From the NCBI GenBank assembly GCA_963834845.1, contig CAWICY010000003.1:61114-125113 (forward strand): a stretch of DNA of 64,000 nt, written 5' to 3'. Below, piece after piece: positions 1-10,066 of the stretch. Under the pieces are notes generated by a model that made no database searches, was not told the origin of the DNA, and saw nothing but the letters and a program-made list of their open reading frames with translations. The position numbers and the translations under genes are program-made. The first letter of the stretch is position 1; each line of letters begins with the position of its first letter. Source of the DNA: an uncultured Pseudomonadota bacterium. Its GTDB lineage: Bacteria > Pseudomonadota > Gammaproteobacteria > Burkholderiales > SG8-39.

Positions 1-34
1 CTCGAAGGTCGCCGGCCGGGCCGCGTTGGTGAGC

Positions 35-1108
35 TTAACCACCGATGTAGGACATCTCGACTTTGGGCAGATGCGCGGTTTCCGCGGTGCGGATCTCGGA
101 GTAGCGGTCGTCGCGCGCGCGCCACACGGCGGCGATCTCGTTGCGGATCTGGTCGTCGCCCGCGCCGCCGCGCAGCAGCGCCTTCAAGTCGTGGCCGCTT
201 TGCGCGAACAGGCAGGTGTAAAGGGCCCCCTCGGTCGACAGGCGCATGCGGTTGCAGTCGCGGCAAAAGGCCTGCGTCACCGAGGCGATGACGCCGATCT
301 CGCCGGCGCCGTCGGCGTAGCGCCAGCGCTCGGCGACTTCGCCGGCGTAGTTCGGATCGGCCGGCTCGAGCGCGAAGTGCTCGCCGATGCGCGCCAGCAC
401 CTCGGCCGAGGGCATCACGTCGTCCAGGCGCCAGCCATTGGTGCTGCCGACGTCCATGAACTCGATGAAGCGCACGATGTGGCCCGAGCCGCGGAAGTGG
501 CGCGCCATCGGCACGATTTCCTGATCGTTGGTGCCGCGCTTGACCACCATGTTGATCTTGACCGGCGCGAGGCCCGCGGCCGCCGCGGCGTCGATGCCCT
601 CGAGCACCTTGGCCACCGGGAAGTCGGCATCGTTCATGGCGCGGAACACCGCGTCGTCGAGCGAGTCGAGGCTCACGGTGATGCGCTTGAGGCCCGCATC
701 GGCGAGCCGGCGTGCCTGCTTCGCGAGCAGCGAGCCGTTGGTGGTGAGCGTGAGATCGACGTCCAGCCGGGCAAGCTGCTCGACCAGCCGGTGCAGGTCG
801 CGCCGCACCAGCGGCTCGCCGCCCGTCAGCCTGATCTTCTTCACCCCCATGCCGACCAGCACACGCGCCAGGCGCGCGATCTCCTCGAACGTGAGGATCG
901 CGCTGTGCGGCAGGAACTTGTGCTCCGCGTCGAACACCTCGCGCGGCATGCAGTACACGCAGCGGAAGTTGCAGCGGTCGGTGACCGAGATGCGCAGATC
1001 CCGCAGCGGCCGGCCGAGCGTGTCGGCGAGCGGGCCGCCGTCGTATGGCGGGGCCGGCTGTCGCACAGCGCCGGCCGCAGGCCGGATGGGGATAACCTTG
1101 TCCTGCAT
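35..1108 (-). CDS. moaA: GTP 3',8-cyclase (molybdenum cofactor biosynthesis radical SAM)
   Basis: [18 protein letters not shown] radical-SAM motif, LTGGEP, C-terminal [10 protein letters not shown]...YTCLF cluster, ends MSYIGG. Confidence 0.97.
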   Translation of the reverse strand: MQDKVIPIRPAAGAVRQPAPPYDGGPLADTLGRPLRDLRISVTDRCNFRCVYCMPREVFDAEHKFLPHSAILTFEEIARLARVLVGMGVKKIRLTGGEPLVRRDLHRLVEQLARLDVDLTLTTNGSLLAKQARRLADAGLKRITVSLDSLDDAVFRAMNDADFPVAKVLEGIDAAAAAGLAPVKINMVVKRGTNDQEIVPMARHFRGSGHIVRFIEFMDVGSTNGWRLDDVMPSAEVLARIGEHFALEPADPNYAGEVAERWRYADGAGEIGVIASVTQAFCRDCNRMRLSTEGALYTCLFAQSGHDLKALLRGGAGDDQIRNEIAAVWRARDDRYSEIRTAETAHLPKVEMSYIGG

Positions 1109-1194
1109 GGTGTCTTTCGTCTCGCCTGAAGGGAAAATCTTAGCAGAGACGACTCTGCGCTATAGTTGTTCTACACGCGAGTTCGAGTTCGAGC

Positions 1195-1665
1195 ATGGAG
1201 AAACCGAAGTTCGGCGTCGCCGTCGTAATGCAGCGGCGCCCGATTCAAAATCGCTGGCAGTCCGAGATCTGGGAGCCTTGGGGCGTTCTCACCGCGCAGC
1301 CGGCGGGCGAGCCTCGGCTGCTGCTGGACGACGGCACCACGCAGCAATGGCTGTACCCCGGGTTCGAGCTGGTGCTGCACCGCGACGAGTGCGAGGGCTA
1401 CTGGCTGAACGTCTCCAGCCCGGAGCCGCGGGTGTTCGTCAGGTGGTCGATGCATGGCGATCGCGCCGTGCCCGAGTTGCTCACGCTGAGCTACGACGAA
1501 GCGAGCCGCTGGATGGACGGCGGCGCGCAGGTCGATGCCGTGGCGATGGCGCCCGAGCTGTTTGCCTGGCTGGGCGATTACGTGGAGAACAATTACCGGC
1601 CCGAGCCGAAGAAGCGCATCCGGCCGCAGTCTTTCAAGCATCCCAAGGACAGGGCGCAATCCTGA
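1195..1665 (+). CDS. DUF3305-family protein (formate dehydrogenase cluster-associated)
   Basis: NRWQ...LELHRDE-like (LVLHRDECEGYWLN), TLSYDEASRWMD; typical position upstream of betaproteobacterial fdh clusters. Confidence 0.8.
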   Translation: MEKPKFGVAVVMQRRPIQNRWQSEIWEPWGVLTAQPAGEPRLLLDDGTTQQWLYPGFELVLHRDECEGYWLNVSSPEPRVFVRWSMHGDRAVPELLTLSYDEASRWMDGGAQVDAVAMAPELFAWLGDYVENNYRPEPKKRIRPQSFKHPKDRAQS

Positions 1666-2099
1666 TGGCGAAGGACGACAGTTTCCTTTCGCGCTGGTCG
1701 CGGCGCAAGCTCGAGACCGAGAAGCAGCCGGAGCGGCCACAGGCGCCGGCCGCGCCTGCCCCGGAGCTGCCGTCGCTCGACAAACTGACCTCGGAATCGG
1801 ACTTTCGCGCATTCATGGATTCGCGGGTCGACCCGGGTCTGCGGCGCGCGGCGCTGAAGAAGCTGTTCAGTGATCCGCGCTTCAACGTGATCGACCAGCT
1901 GGACATCTACATCGACGACTACACCAAGAGCGACCCGATCCCGGAGGAAATGCTGAAGAGCCTGGAATACGCGAAGCGCAACCTGTTCGGCGGCGAGCAG
2001 AACAAGGAGATTGCCGAGGCCCCGCCGGCCGCGGAGCCGCCGGCGCCTGCCGCGGACGACCAGGCGCCAGGCGATCCGGACAAGAAAAATGGCGCTTGA
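1665..2099 (+). CDS. DUF3306-family protein
   Basis: ATG overlaps upstream TGA; FLSRWSRRK, SDFRAFM, LRRAALKKLF, LDIYIDDY motifs. Confidence 0.8.
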   Translation: MAKDDSFLSRWSRRKLETEKQPERPQAPAAPAPELPSLDKLTSESDFRAFMDSRVDPGLRRAALKKLFSDPRFNVIDQLDIYIDDYTKSDPIPEEMLKSLEYAKRNLFGGEQNKEIAEAPPAAEPPAPAADDQAPGDPDKKNGA

Positions 2100-4191
2100 A
2101 CACAAGACGCTCAAGCTCTGCAACTGCAACCGCAGCATCCCGCTCGACGCCAAGGCGCTCGGCCGCGCACTGAAGGTCGGCGCGCCGCTGCACGTGCACA
2201 GCGAGCTGTGCCGCAAGGAGGCCGGCGCGTTCCAGGCGGCGCTCGGCGATCCCGAGGTGATGGTGGCGTGCACGCAGGAGGCGCCGCTGTTCGCCGAGCT
2301 CGCCAGCGCCGCCGAATCGAATGCCGAGCTACGCTTCGTCAACATCCGCGAGATGGCCGGCTGGGCGGCGGAGGGCGGGCGGGCGACGCCCAAGATCGCG
2401 GCGCTGCTCGCCGCGGCGGCGCTGCCCGAGCCCGAGCCGGTCGCTTCGGTGGAATACAAGTCCGGCGGCCAGATGCTGGTGATCGGCCCGTCCGCCGCCG
2501 CGCTCGACTGGGCGGCGCGGCTTGCGGCGCACCTCGAAGTAAGCGTGCTGATCACGCGCCACGATGGCGGCGAGCTGCCGCTCGAGCGCAAGTACCCGGT
2601 ATGGTCGGGGCGCGTGACGCGCGTTGCCGGCTGGTTGGGCGAGTTCGAGGTCGAATGGACGCAGGACAACCCGATCGACCTAGAGCTGTGCACGCGCTGC
2701 AACGCCTGCGTCGCGGCGTGTCCCGAGAGCGCCATCGACTTCACCTACCAGGTGGACCTGGAAAAGTGCAAGTCGCATCGCGCCTGCGTCGAGTCCTGCG
2801 GTGCGATCGGCGCGGTCGATTTCGAGCGCCTGGACCGCGCGCGCAAGGAGCGCTTCGACATGGTGCTCGATCTGTCGGCCGAGCCGCTGCTGCGCACGCC
2901 CGATCTGCCGCAGGGCTACGCCGCGCCGGGCGCCGACCCGCTCGAGCAGTCGCTCGCCGCGGCCGCACTGGCGCAGATGGTGGGCGAGTTCGAGAAGCCG
3001 AAGTTCTTCGTCTACAAGGAGCGCATCTGCGCGCACAGCCGCGCGGGGCGCACGGGGTGCAACCGCTGCATAGACGTGTGCTCGACCGGCGCGATTCGCG
3101 GCGACGGCGACTATGTCAAGGTCGAGCCGCATCTGTGCGCCGGCTGTGGCGGCTGCTCGACCGTATGTCCTTCGGGCGCGATGGGCTACGCCTACCCGCG
3201 CGTGCCCGACATGGGCCGGCGCCTCAAGACCCTGCTCTCTACCTACCGCGAGGCCGGCGGCGAGGACGCGTGCCTGTTGTTCCACAACCTCGAGGACGGG
3301 CGCGAGCTGCTGCAAGGCGTCGGGCGCCGCGCGTCGCGCGGCGGCAAGGGCCTGCCGGCGCGCGCCATCCCGGTGGAAGCCTTCCACATTGCCTCGATCG
3401 GCATCGATGTGCTGCTCGGCGCGGTGTGCTACGGCGCGAGCCAGGTGGCGGTGGTGTCCACCGGCCGCGAGCCAGAGTCGTACGCCGCCGCGCTCGCAGA
3501 ACAGATGGCCCATGCCGAGACGATCTTAAATGCGCTCGGCTATGCGGGAAGGCACTTCGAGCTGGTCCGCGCCGAGGACGCCGCCGATCTCGAGCGCGCG
3601 CTGTGGGCGCTGCAGCCGGCGCAGACCGTGGCGACGGCCGCGAGCTTCAATCTCGCGGCCGAGAAGCGCGGCACGCTCGATTTCGCGCTCGATCACCTGG
3701 CGAAGCACGCGCCGGCGCCGCAGGAGCAGATCGCGCTGCAAAGGAGCGCGCCCTTCGGCGCGCTGAACGTGAACCGTCAGACGTGCACGCTGTGCAAGGC
3801 GTGCATCGGCGCCTGCCCGGAGGCCGCGCTGCTCGATGCGCCCGAGACGCCCGCTCTGCGCTTCATCGAGCGCAATTGCGTGCAGTGCGGACTGTGCGTC
3901 GACACCTGCCCCGAGCATGCGATCGCGCTGGTGCCGCGGCTGCTGCTCACACCACAGGCGAAGCAGGCGGTTACGCTGAACGAGGCCGAGCCGTTCAACT
4001 GCGTGCGCTGCGGCAAGCCCTTCGGCACGCGGCAGATGATCGACAACATGCTCGGCAAATTGACCGCGCACTCGATGTTCGCAGGCGGCGGTGCGCTCAA
4101 GCGCCTGCAGATGTGCGCCGACTGCCGCGTCGTCGACATGATGGAATCGAAGGACGAGCCCTCGATCCTCGACTATCCTGGGCCCAAATGA
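2089..4191 (+). CDS. Multi-[4Fe-4S] polyferredoxin-like protein
   Basis: Start MALEHKTLKLCNCN; several CxxCxxCxxxCP motifs (CTRCNACVAACP, CNRCIDVCS, CAGCGGCSTVCP, CTLCKACIGACP, CVQCGLCVDTCP). Confidence 0.88.
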   Translation: MALEHKTLKLCNCNRSIPLDAKALGRALKVGAPLHVHSELCRKEAGAFQAALGDPEVMVACTQEAPLFAELASAAESNAELRFVNIREMAGWAAEGGRATPKIAALLAAAALPEPEPVASVEYKSGGQMLVIGPSAAALDWAARLAAHLEVSVLITRHDGGELPLERKYPVWSGRVTRVAGWLGEFEVEWTQDNPIDLELCTRCNACVAACPESAIDFTYQVDLEKCKSHRACVESCGAIGAVDFERLDRARKERFDMVLDLSAEPLLRTPDLPQGYAAPGADPLEQSLAAAALAQMVGEFEKPKFFVYKERICAHSRAGRTGCNRCIDVCSTGAIRGDGDYVKVEPHLCAGCGGCSTVCPSGAMGYAYPRVPDMGRRLKTLLSTYREAGGEDACLLFHNLEDGRELLQGVGRRASRGGKGLPARAIPVEAFHIASIGIDVLLGAVCYGASQVAVVSTGREPESYAAALAEQMAHAETILNALGYAGRHFELVRAEDAADLERALWALQPAQTVATAASFNLAAEKRGTLDFALDHLAKHAPAPQEQIALQRSAPFGALNVNRQTCTLCKACIGACPEAALLDAPETPALRFIERNCVQCGLCVDTCPEHAIALVPRLLLTPQAKQAVTLNEAEPFNCVRCGKPFGTRQMIDNMLGKLTAHSMFAGGGALKRLQMCADCRVVDMMESKDEPSILDYPGPK

Positions 4192-4817
4192 CCGCCGACG
4201 CGGCGCCGTTGCAGTTCGTACCGACCCTGCCGCCCGAGGAGGCGGCGCGGGCGGACTTGTACGGGCTGCTCGCGCGGCTGTTCTACGCGCCGCCCGACGC
4301 CGAGCTGCTGGCCGCGCTTGCCGGCGCCGAGGAGATCGTGGCCGAGGCGCAGGCGGGGGAGGGTGCCGTGTCGCTGGCCCTCGCGTGGCGCGACCTGATG
4401 CTGGCGGCCGCCGCGGCCGATGCCGAGGTTGCCTCCGAGGAGTACGAGGCGCTGTTCATCGGCGTCGGCAAGGCGCCGGTGTCGCTCTATGCCGGGGCTT
4501 ACCTGATCAAGACCGCGGTCGACAGTCCCCTCGTCGATATCAGGGATTATCTTGCCGCGCGTGGCCTCGCGCGCCGTTCTTCGGTAAACGAGCCCGAGGA
4601 TCACATTGCGGCACTATGTGAGGTTATGCGCTACCTTGTTGCGGAGCAACACGCGCCGATCGGGGAACAAAGCAAGTTCTTCATGCGTTTTCTTTGGCCA
4701 AGCGCAATTCCGTTTTGCGAGGCCGTCGGACACGCGGAACAAGCGCGGCTTTATAAGCAGATTGCGATATTCGCGCGCAGCTTCCTGCAGGTTGAATTCG
4801 AAGCATTCAAAATGTGA
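4188..4817 (+). CDS. TorD/DmsD-family molybdoenzyme maturation chaperone
   Basis: ATG overlaps upstream TGA; RADLYGLLARLFYAPPD, EPEDHIAALCEVM (E-P-x-D-H motif). Confidence 0.9.
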   Translation: MTADAAPLQFVPTLPPEEAARADLYGLLARLFYAPPDAELLAALAGAEEIVAEAQAGEGAVSLALAWRDLMLAAAAADAEVASEEYEALFIGVGKAPVSLYAGAYLIKTAVDSPLVDIRDYLAARGLARRSSVNEPEDHIAALCEVMRYLVAEQHAPIGEQSKFFMRFLWPSAIPFCEAVGHAEQARLYKQIAIFARSFLQVEFEAFKM

Positions 4818-4846
4818 TTCCATGCATTGGCGAAGCGGTCTACAAT
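4818..4846 (+). promoter_or_regulatory. Putative sigma70 promoter of the fdh structural operon
   Basis: TTCCAT-17 nt-TACAAT in an AT-richer intergenic; SD GAGGAGG before 4912. Confidence 0.45.
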
Positions 4847-4911
4847 ATTTCAAAGGCGCGACACGGCCTCGCAGGCCTGAGCGTCCATAACAAGACAACG
4901 AGGAGGCGGCA

Positions 4912-5112
4912 ATGAGCGAACGCACCCGACGCCTGTCGCGGCGTCACTTCCTGTTCTCCGTCGGCGCCGGCGGCGCGGCCACAGCGGCCGCGATCGTCGC
5001 CAAGAAAGCGCCGCATGCACCGAAGGTCACGGCCGACGCCGGCAAGCGCACCACGCGCGGCTACCAGGCGTCGGAGCACGTGAACAACTACTACCGCACC
5101 ACCAAGGTCTGA
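4912..5112 (+). CDS. Small Tat-signal protein of formate dehydrogenase region
   Basis: LSRRHFL twin-arginine motif, C-terminal GYQASEHVNNYYRT; good SD. Confidence 0.85.
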   Translation: MSERTRRLSRRHFLFSVGAGGAATAAAIVAKKAPHAPKVTADAGKRTTRGYQASEHVNNYYRTTKV

Positions 5113-5122
5113 GGAGGGTGCC

Positions 5123-8068
5123 ATGCTGCTGACGAGAAAATCCGCTGCAACGGCGGTGGTCCAGTCGCGCCTGTCGCGCGGCCTGTCCGGAGTGCTTGCG
5201 AAGACCATCGACCGGCGCGCGTTCCTCAAGCGCTCGGGCGTGACGCTCGGAGCGGGCGCCGTCGCCGCGCAGTTGCCGTTCAACATGATCGGCAAGTCCG
5301 AGGCCGCGGATGCGCCGGAGGGCGGGGGGCAGGTCGAGGTCCGGCGCACCGTTTGCACCCACTGCTCGGTCGGCTGTGCCATCGACGCGGTGGTGCAGAA
5401 CGGCGTCTGGATCCGCCAGGAGCCGGTGTTCGACTCGCCGCTCAACCTCGGTGCGCACTGCGCCAAGGGCGCCTCGGTGCGCGAGCACGGCATGACGCAC
5501 GACTCGCACCGCCTGAAGTACCCGGTGAAGCTGGAAGGCGGCAAGTGGAAGAAGGTCTCCTGGGACCAGGCCTACGAGGAGATCTCGCAGAAGATGCTCG
5601 CGATCAGGAAGGAGAGCGGCCCGGACGCGCTCATGCTGATCGGCTCCTCGAAGCACAACAACGAGCAGTCCTACCTGCTGTGCAAGTGGGCGCGCCTGTG
5701 GGGATCGAACAACACCGACCACCAGGCACGCATCTGCCACTCGACGACGGTGGCCGGCATCGCCAATACCTGGGGCTACGGGGCGATGACCAACTCGTAC
5801 AACGACGAGCAGAACTCGAAATGCCTGTTCTTCCTCGGCTCGAACGCGGCGGAGGCGCACCCGGTGTCGATGCTGCACACGCTGCATGCCAAGGAGAATG
5901 GCGCCAAGGTGATCGTCGCCGACCCGCGCTACACGCGCACCGCGGCGAAGGCGGACAAATACGTTCGGGTGCGCTCGGGCACTGACGTCGCGTTCCTGTT
6001 CGGCATCCTGTACCACGTTTTCAAGAACGGCTGGGAAGACACGAAATACATCCATGAGCGCGTCTACGGCATGGACAAGGTGAAGGCCGAGGTGATGGCC
6101 AAGTACCCGCCGGCCGTGGTCGAGGAAGTCACGGGAGTGCCGGAGAAGGAGGTGTACGAGGTCGCCAAGATGCTCTCGGACAATCGCCCCGGATTCATCA
6201 TCTGGGCGATGGGGCAGACGCAGCACACCAACGGCAACGCCATCGTGCGCGCGAGCGCGGTCCTGATGCTGGCGCTCGGCAACGCCGGGCGCGGCGGCGG
6301 CGGAGCGAACATCTACCGCGGCCACGACAACGTGCAGGGCGCGACCGACATCGGCCCCAACCCCGACTCGCTGCCGGGCTACTACGGCATCGCCGCGGGC
6401 TCGTTCAAGCACTGGTGCCGGGTATGGAACGTCGACTACGAGTGGCTCAGCAAGCGGTATGCGCCGGGCATGATGGAGAAGCCGGGCATCACCGTGTCGC
6501 GCTGGATCGACGGCGTGCTGGAAAAGAACGATCACATCGACCAGGACCCGAACCTGCGCGCGGTCATCTTCTGGGGCCACGCGCCGAACTCGCAGAGCCG
6601 CGGCCTCGAGATGGTCGAGGCGATGAAGAAGCTCGACCTGATGGTGGTGATCGATCCCTACCCGTCGGCGAGCGCGTCGATGTTCGCCATGGTGAGGCAG
6701 GACGGCGCCTACCTGCTGCCGGCCGCCACGCAGTTCGAGTGCGAGGGAAGCGTGACCGCGTCCAACCGCTCGCTGCAGTGGCGCGAGAAGGTGTTCGACC
6801 CGCTGTTCGAGTCGCGCACCGACCACATGATCATGTATCAATTCGCGCAGAAGCTCGGCTTCGGCGACCAGCTCGTCGGCAAGGCGGGCGGCAAGCAGTC
6901 GATCAAGCTGGTCAAGGGCAAGGGGGGCATGGACGAACCCGACATGGCGGACACGCTGCGCGAGGTGAACCGCGGCTGCTGGACGATCGGCTACACGGGG
7001 CAGTCGCCCGAGCGGCTGCAGGCGCACATGCGCAACATGCACGTGTTCGACGTCAAGTCGCTGCGCGCCCGCGGCGGCAAGGACGCGAAGACCGGCTACG
7101 ACCTGACCGGCGACTACTACGGCCTGCCGTGGCCCTGCTGGGGCAATGCGGCCATGAAGCACCCGGGCTCGCCGAACCTGTACGACATCACCCGGGCGGT
7201 GATGGACGGGGGCGGCAACTTCCGCGCGCGCTTCGGCGTCGAGCACGACGGCGAGAACCTGCTGGCCGAGGACGGCTCGCATACCCCGGGGGCGGACATC
7301 ACCACGGGATATCCGGAGTTCGATCACGCGTTCCTGAAGAAGCTCGGTTGGTGGGACGACCTCACCGACGAGGAGAAGAAGGAGGCCGAGGGCAAGAACT
7401 GGAAGACCGACCTCTCGGGCGGCATCCAGCGCGTGGTGATGAAGGTCCACGGCTGCATGCCCTACGGCAACGCCAAGGCGCGCGCCGTGGTGTGGAATTT
7501 CCCGGACAGCGTGCCGCTGCACCGCGAGCCGCTGTTCACGCCGCGGCCCGACCTGATCGACAAGTGGCCGACGCACGACGACGTCAAGGTGAAGTGGCGC
7601 CTGCCGGTGCTGTTCAAGAGCGTGCAGCAGAAGAACAAGGACGCGGTGAAGCAGTTCCCCCTGATCCTCACCTCGGGACGTCTGGTCGAGTACGAGGGTG
7701 GCGGCGAGGAAACGCGCTCCAATCCCTGGCTCGCCGAGCTGATGCAGGACAACTTTGTCGAGATCAGCCCGAAGGCGGCAGCCGACCGGGGCATCCGCGG
7801 CGGCGAGTACGTCTGGGTGAGCACGCCCGAGGGCGCGAAGATCAAAGTCAAGGCCCTGGTGACCGAGCGCGTCGGTCCGGACACGGCGTTCATTCCGTTC
7901 CACTTCTCTGGATGGTGGCAGGGCAAGGACATGCTGCCGTACTACCCGGAGGGCGCGCACCCGATCGTGCGCGGCGAGGCGGTGAACACCGCCACCACCT
8001 ACGGCTACGACATCGTCACCATGATGCAGGAAACCAAGACGACGCTTTGCCAGGTCGCGAAGGCATAA
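5123..8068 (+). CDS. fdhA: Formate dehydrogenase alpha subunit (Mo/W-bisPGD, Cys ligand, Tat-exported)
   Basis: DRRAFLK Tat motif; CTHCSVGC...HCAKG Fe-S; HQARICHSTTV active site (TGC Cys, not TGA); RGHDNVQGATD. Confidence 0.95.
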   Translation: MLLTRKSAATAVVQSRLSRGLSGVLAKTIDRRAFLKRSGVTLGAGAVAAQLPFNMIGKSEAADAPEGGGQVEVRRTVCTHCSVGCAIDAVVQNGVWIRQEPVFDSPLNLGAHCAKGASVREHGMTHDSHRLKYPVKLEGGKWKKVSWDQAYEEISQKMLAIRKESGPDALMLIGSSKHNNEQSYLLCKWARLWGSNNTDHQARICHSTTVAGIANTWGYGAMTNSYNDEQNSKCLFFLGSNAAEAHPVSMLHTLHAKENGAKVIVADPRYTRTAAKADKYVRVRSGTDVAFLFGILYHVFKNGWEDTKYIHERVYGMDKVKAEVMAKYPPAVVEEVTGVPEKEVYEVAKMLSDNRPGFIIWAMGQTQHTNGNAIVRASAVLMLALGNAGRGGGGANIYRGHDNVQGATDIGPNPDSLPGYYGIAAGSFKHWCRVWNVDYEWLSKRYAPGMMEKPGITVSRWIDGVLEKNDHIDQDPNLRAVIFWGHAPNSQSRGLEMVEAMKKLDLMVVIDPYPSASASMFAMVRQDGAYLLPAATQFECEGSVTASNRSLQWREKVFDPLFESRTDHMIMYQFAQKLGFGDQLVGKAGGKQSIKLVKGKGGMDEPDMADTLREVNRGCWTIGYTGQSPERLQAHMRNMHVFDVKSLRARGGKDAKTGYDLTGDYYGLPWPCWGNAAMKHPGSPNLYDITRAVMDGGGNFRARFGVEHDGENLLAEDGSHTPGADITTGYPEFDHAFLKKLGWWDDLTDEEKKEAEGKNWKTDLSGGIQRVVMKVHGCMPYGNAKARAVVWNFPDSVPLHREPLFTPRPDLIDKWPTHDDVKVKWRLPVLFKSVQQKNKDAVKQFPLILTSGRLVEYEGGGEETRSNPWLAELMQDNFVEISPKAAADRGIRGGEYVWVSTPEGAKIKVKALVTERVGPDTAFIPFHFSGWWQGKDMLPYYPEGAHPIVRGEAVNTATTYGYDIVTMMQETKTTLCQVAKA

Positions 8069-8078
8069 GGAGAACGCC

Positions 8079-8702
8079 ATGGCCAGAATGAAATTCCTGT
8101 GCGATGCCGAGCGCTGCATCGAGTGCAATGGCTGCGTGACCGCCTGCAAGAACGAGAACGAGGTGCCTTGGGGGGTGAACCGGCGGCGCGTGGTCACGGT
8201 CAACGACGGCGTGGTGGGTGCGGAGAAGTCGATCTCGGTCGCGTGCATGCACTGCTCGGACGCGCCTTGCATGGCGGTGTGCCCGGTCGACTGCTTCTAC
8301 AAGACCGAGGACGGCGTGGTGCTGCACGACAAGGACCTGTGCATCGGCTGCGGCTACTGCTTCTACGCCTGCCCGTTCGGCGCGCCGCAGTTTCCGCAGG
8401 CGGGCGCCTTCGGCCTGCGCGGCAAGATGGACAAGTGCACCTTCTGCGCCGGCGGACCCGAGCCCGACCGCAGCGACGCCGAGTTCAAGAAGTACGGCAG
8501 GAACCGGCTCGCCGAAGGCAAGCTGCCGGCTTGCGCGGAAATGTGCTCGACCAAGGCGCTGCTGGGCGGCGACGGCGACATGGTCGCGGACATCTATCGG
8601 CAGCGCGTCACGGTGCGCGGCAAGGGCGCGGAGGTCTGGGGTTGGGGCACCGCCTACGGCCCGCCAAAGGGCGGGCAGCCCGCGGCCGGGAGCAAGTCAT
8701 GA
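8079..8702 (+). CDS. fdhB: Formate dehydrogenase Fe-S beta subunit
   Basis: CIECNGCVTACK, CMHCSDAPCMAVCP, CIGCGYCFYACP, KCTFC motifs. Confidence 0.95.
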   Translation: MARMKFLCDAERCIECNGCVTACKNENEVPWGVNRRRVVTVNDGVVGAEKSISVACMHCSDAPCMAVCPVDCFYKTEDGVVLHDKDLCIGCGYCFYACPFGAPQFPQAGAFGLRGKMDKCTFCAGGPEPDRSDAEFKKYGRNRLAEGKLPACAEMCSTKALLGGDGDMVADIYRQRVTVRGKGAEVWGWGTAYGPPKGGQPAAGSKS

Positions 8703-8953
8703 GCGCGCGCGCCGTCGTTGCAATCGTCGCAGCGCTCGGACTCGTCGCACTCGCCGGCTGCGGCGAAAAGCCGCAGGCGGCCGCCTACAAGCAAGGCAGG
8801 TATCAGGGCAAGCCGGACACGCAACCCTGGGACAACGCGCCGCTTGCCTACACGGACACCAACAAGTGGACCAAGGGTGACCAGAAGAGCTGGGAAGACG
8901 AGATCAAGACTCGCAACAAGCACCAGAACGAATACGTGCGTATCGGCCAGTAG
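8699..8953 (+). CDS. Small lipoprotein in fdh operon
   Basis: ATG overlaps fdhB stop; hydrophobic signal with lipobox LAG-C, then GKPDTQPW...W...W...R...QNEY. Confidence 0.75.
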   Translation: MSARAVVAIVAALGLVALAGCGEKPQAAAYKQGRYQGKPDTQPWDNAPLAYTDTNKWTKGDQKSWEDEIKTRNKHQNEYVRIGQ

Positions 8954-8980
8954 GCGGTCGCTTGCGGCCAGGAGGATGAG

Positions 8981-10048
8981 ATGACCAACCTAAGCACGCT
9001 GCTGGGCGCGTTGCTCGTGCTCGCCGCGCTCGCAGTCCCGGGCGCGGTGCAGGCGCAGCAGGCGGGCGATTCCGCCAAGGCACAGACCGAGCGCAGCATG
9101 GATCAGCCCGGCAACAACGCGCCCGTATGGCGCGACGTGAAGTCAGGCGAGTCGAATTACACCAGCGTGCCGGGGCGCGAGGTCGGCGTGCTGATCCAGG
9201 CGCCGTTGCGCTTCCCGGGGCAGGGCGCGTTCGCCACCGCAGGCGAGGCGTGGCGCAATTTCCGCAACGGTCCGCTCACCTTTTACGGCGGCTGGCTGCT
9301 GATCATCACCGCGCTGGGAATCGTCGGCTTCTATCTGGCGAAGGGCGCGCTCAAGCTGAAGGAAAGGCCGACCGGCCGCCTCATCGAGCGCTTCAACAGC
9401 CTCGAGCGCATCGCCCACTGGAGCGTGGCGATCAGCTTCGTCGTCCTCGCGCTGTCGGGGCTGATCATCCTGTTCGGCAAGTTCGTGCTGTTACCGGTGA
9501 TCGGCTATACGCTGTTTGCCTGGCTTTCGGCGCTCGCCAAGAACCTGCACAACTTCGTCGGCCCGTTCTTCATCCTGAGCACGCTGCTGATGATCGTGGT
9601 GTACGTAAAGGACAATTTCTGGCGTGCCGGCGACGCGGCCTGGATTGCGCAGGCGGGCGGCATGTTCACGGGTAAGCACGTGCCTTCGGGGCGCTTCAAT
9701 ATCGGCGAAAAGGGCTGGTTCTGGATCGGCGTCGTGGTGCTCGGCGCAATCATGAGCGTCACGGGGCTGATCATGCTGTTCCCGAACTTCGACCAGGTGC
9801 GCGAGACGATGCAGCAGGCGAACGTGATCCACGTCATCGGCGCGGTAGTCTTCGTTGCGTTGTCGTTCGGGCACATCTACCTCGGCACCATCGGCGTCGA
9901 GGGCGCCTACCAGGCGATGCGCAGCGGCTACGTCGACGAGGTCTGGGCCAAGGAGCACCACGAGCTCTGGTACAACGACGTCAAGTCGGGCAAGGTCTCG
10001 GCGAAATCGACCGGCGCCGCGGCGGGAGCGCCGCAGGCCCAGCACTGA
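8981..10048 (+). CDS. fdhC: Formate dehydrogenase gamma (cytochrome b556) subunit with exported N-terminal extension
   Basis: ERFNSLERIAHW, KNLHN, GRFNIGEKGWFW, HIYLGT, WAKEHHELWY; multiple TM helices. Confidence 0.92.
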   Translation: MTNLSTLLGALLVLAALAVPGAVQAQQAGDSAKAQTERSMDQPGNNAPVWRDVKSGESNYTSVPGREVGVLIQAPLRFPGQGAFATAGEAWRNFRNGPLTFYGGWLLIITALGIVGFYLAKGALKLKERPTGRLIERFNSLERIAHWSVAISFVVLALSGLIILFGKFVLLPVIGYTLFAWLSALAKNLHNFVGPFFILSTLLMIVVYVKDNFWRAGDAAWIAQAGGMFTGKHVPSGRFNIGEKGWFWIGVVVLGAIMSVTGLIMLFPNFDQVRETMQQANVIHVIGAVVFVALSFGHIYLGTIGVEGAYQAMRSGYVDEVWAKEHHELWYNDVKSGKVSAKSTGAAAGAPQAQH

Positions 10049-10066
10049 GAGGAAGGGGAAACAGCC

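Noticed and set aside
2208-4817. 869-aa ORF and 523-aa ORF (528-2099) as long proteins
   Set aside because: Only the C-terminal parts (4188-4817 TorD-like; 1665-2099 DUF3306) are coding; the upstream parts overlap other genes out of frame
5720-5750. Possible selenocysteine FDH
   Set aside because: The active-site codon is TGC (RICH) and the ORF has no in-frame TGA
5027-8272. 1081-aa antisense ORF over fdhA, and similar long shadows over ftsH, clpB, coxL and moaA
   Set aside because: Expected from GC-rich codon bias (few stops on the antisense frame); no recognisable motifs
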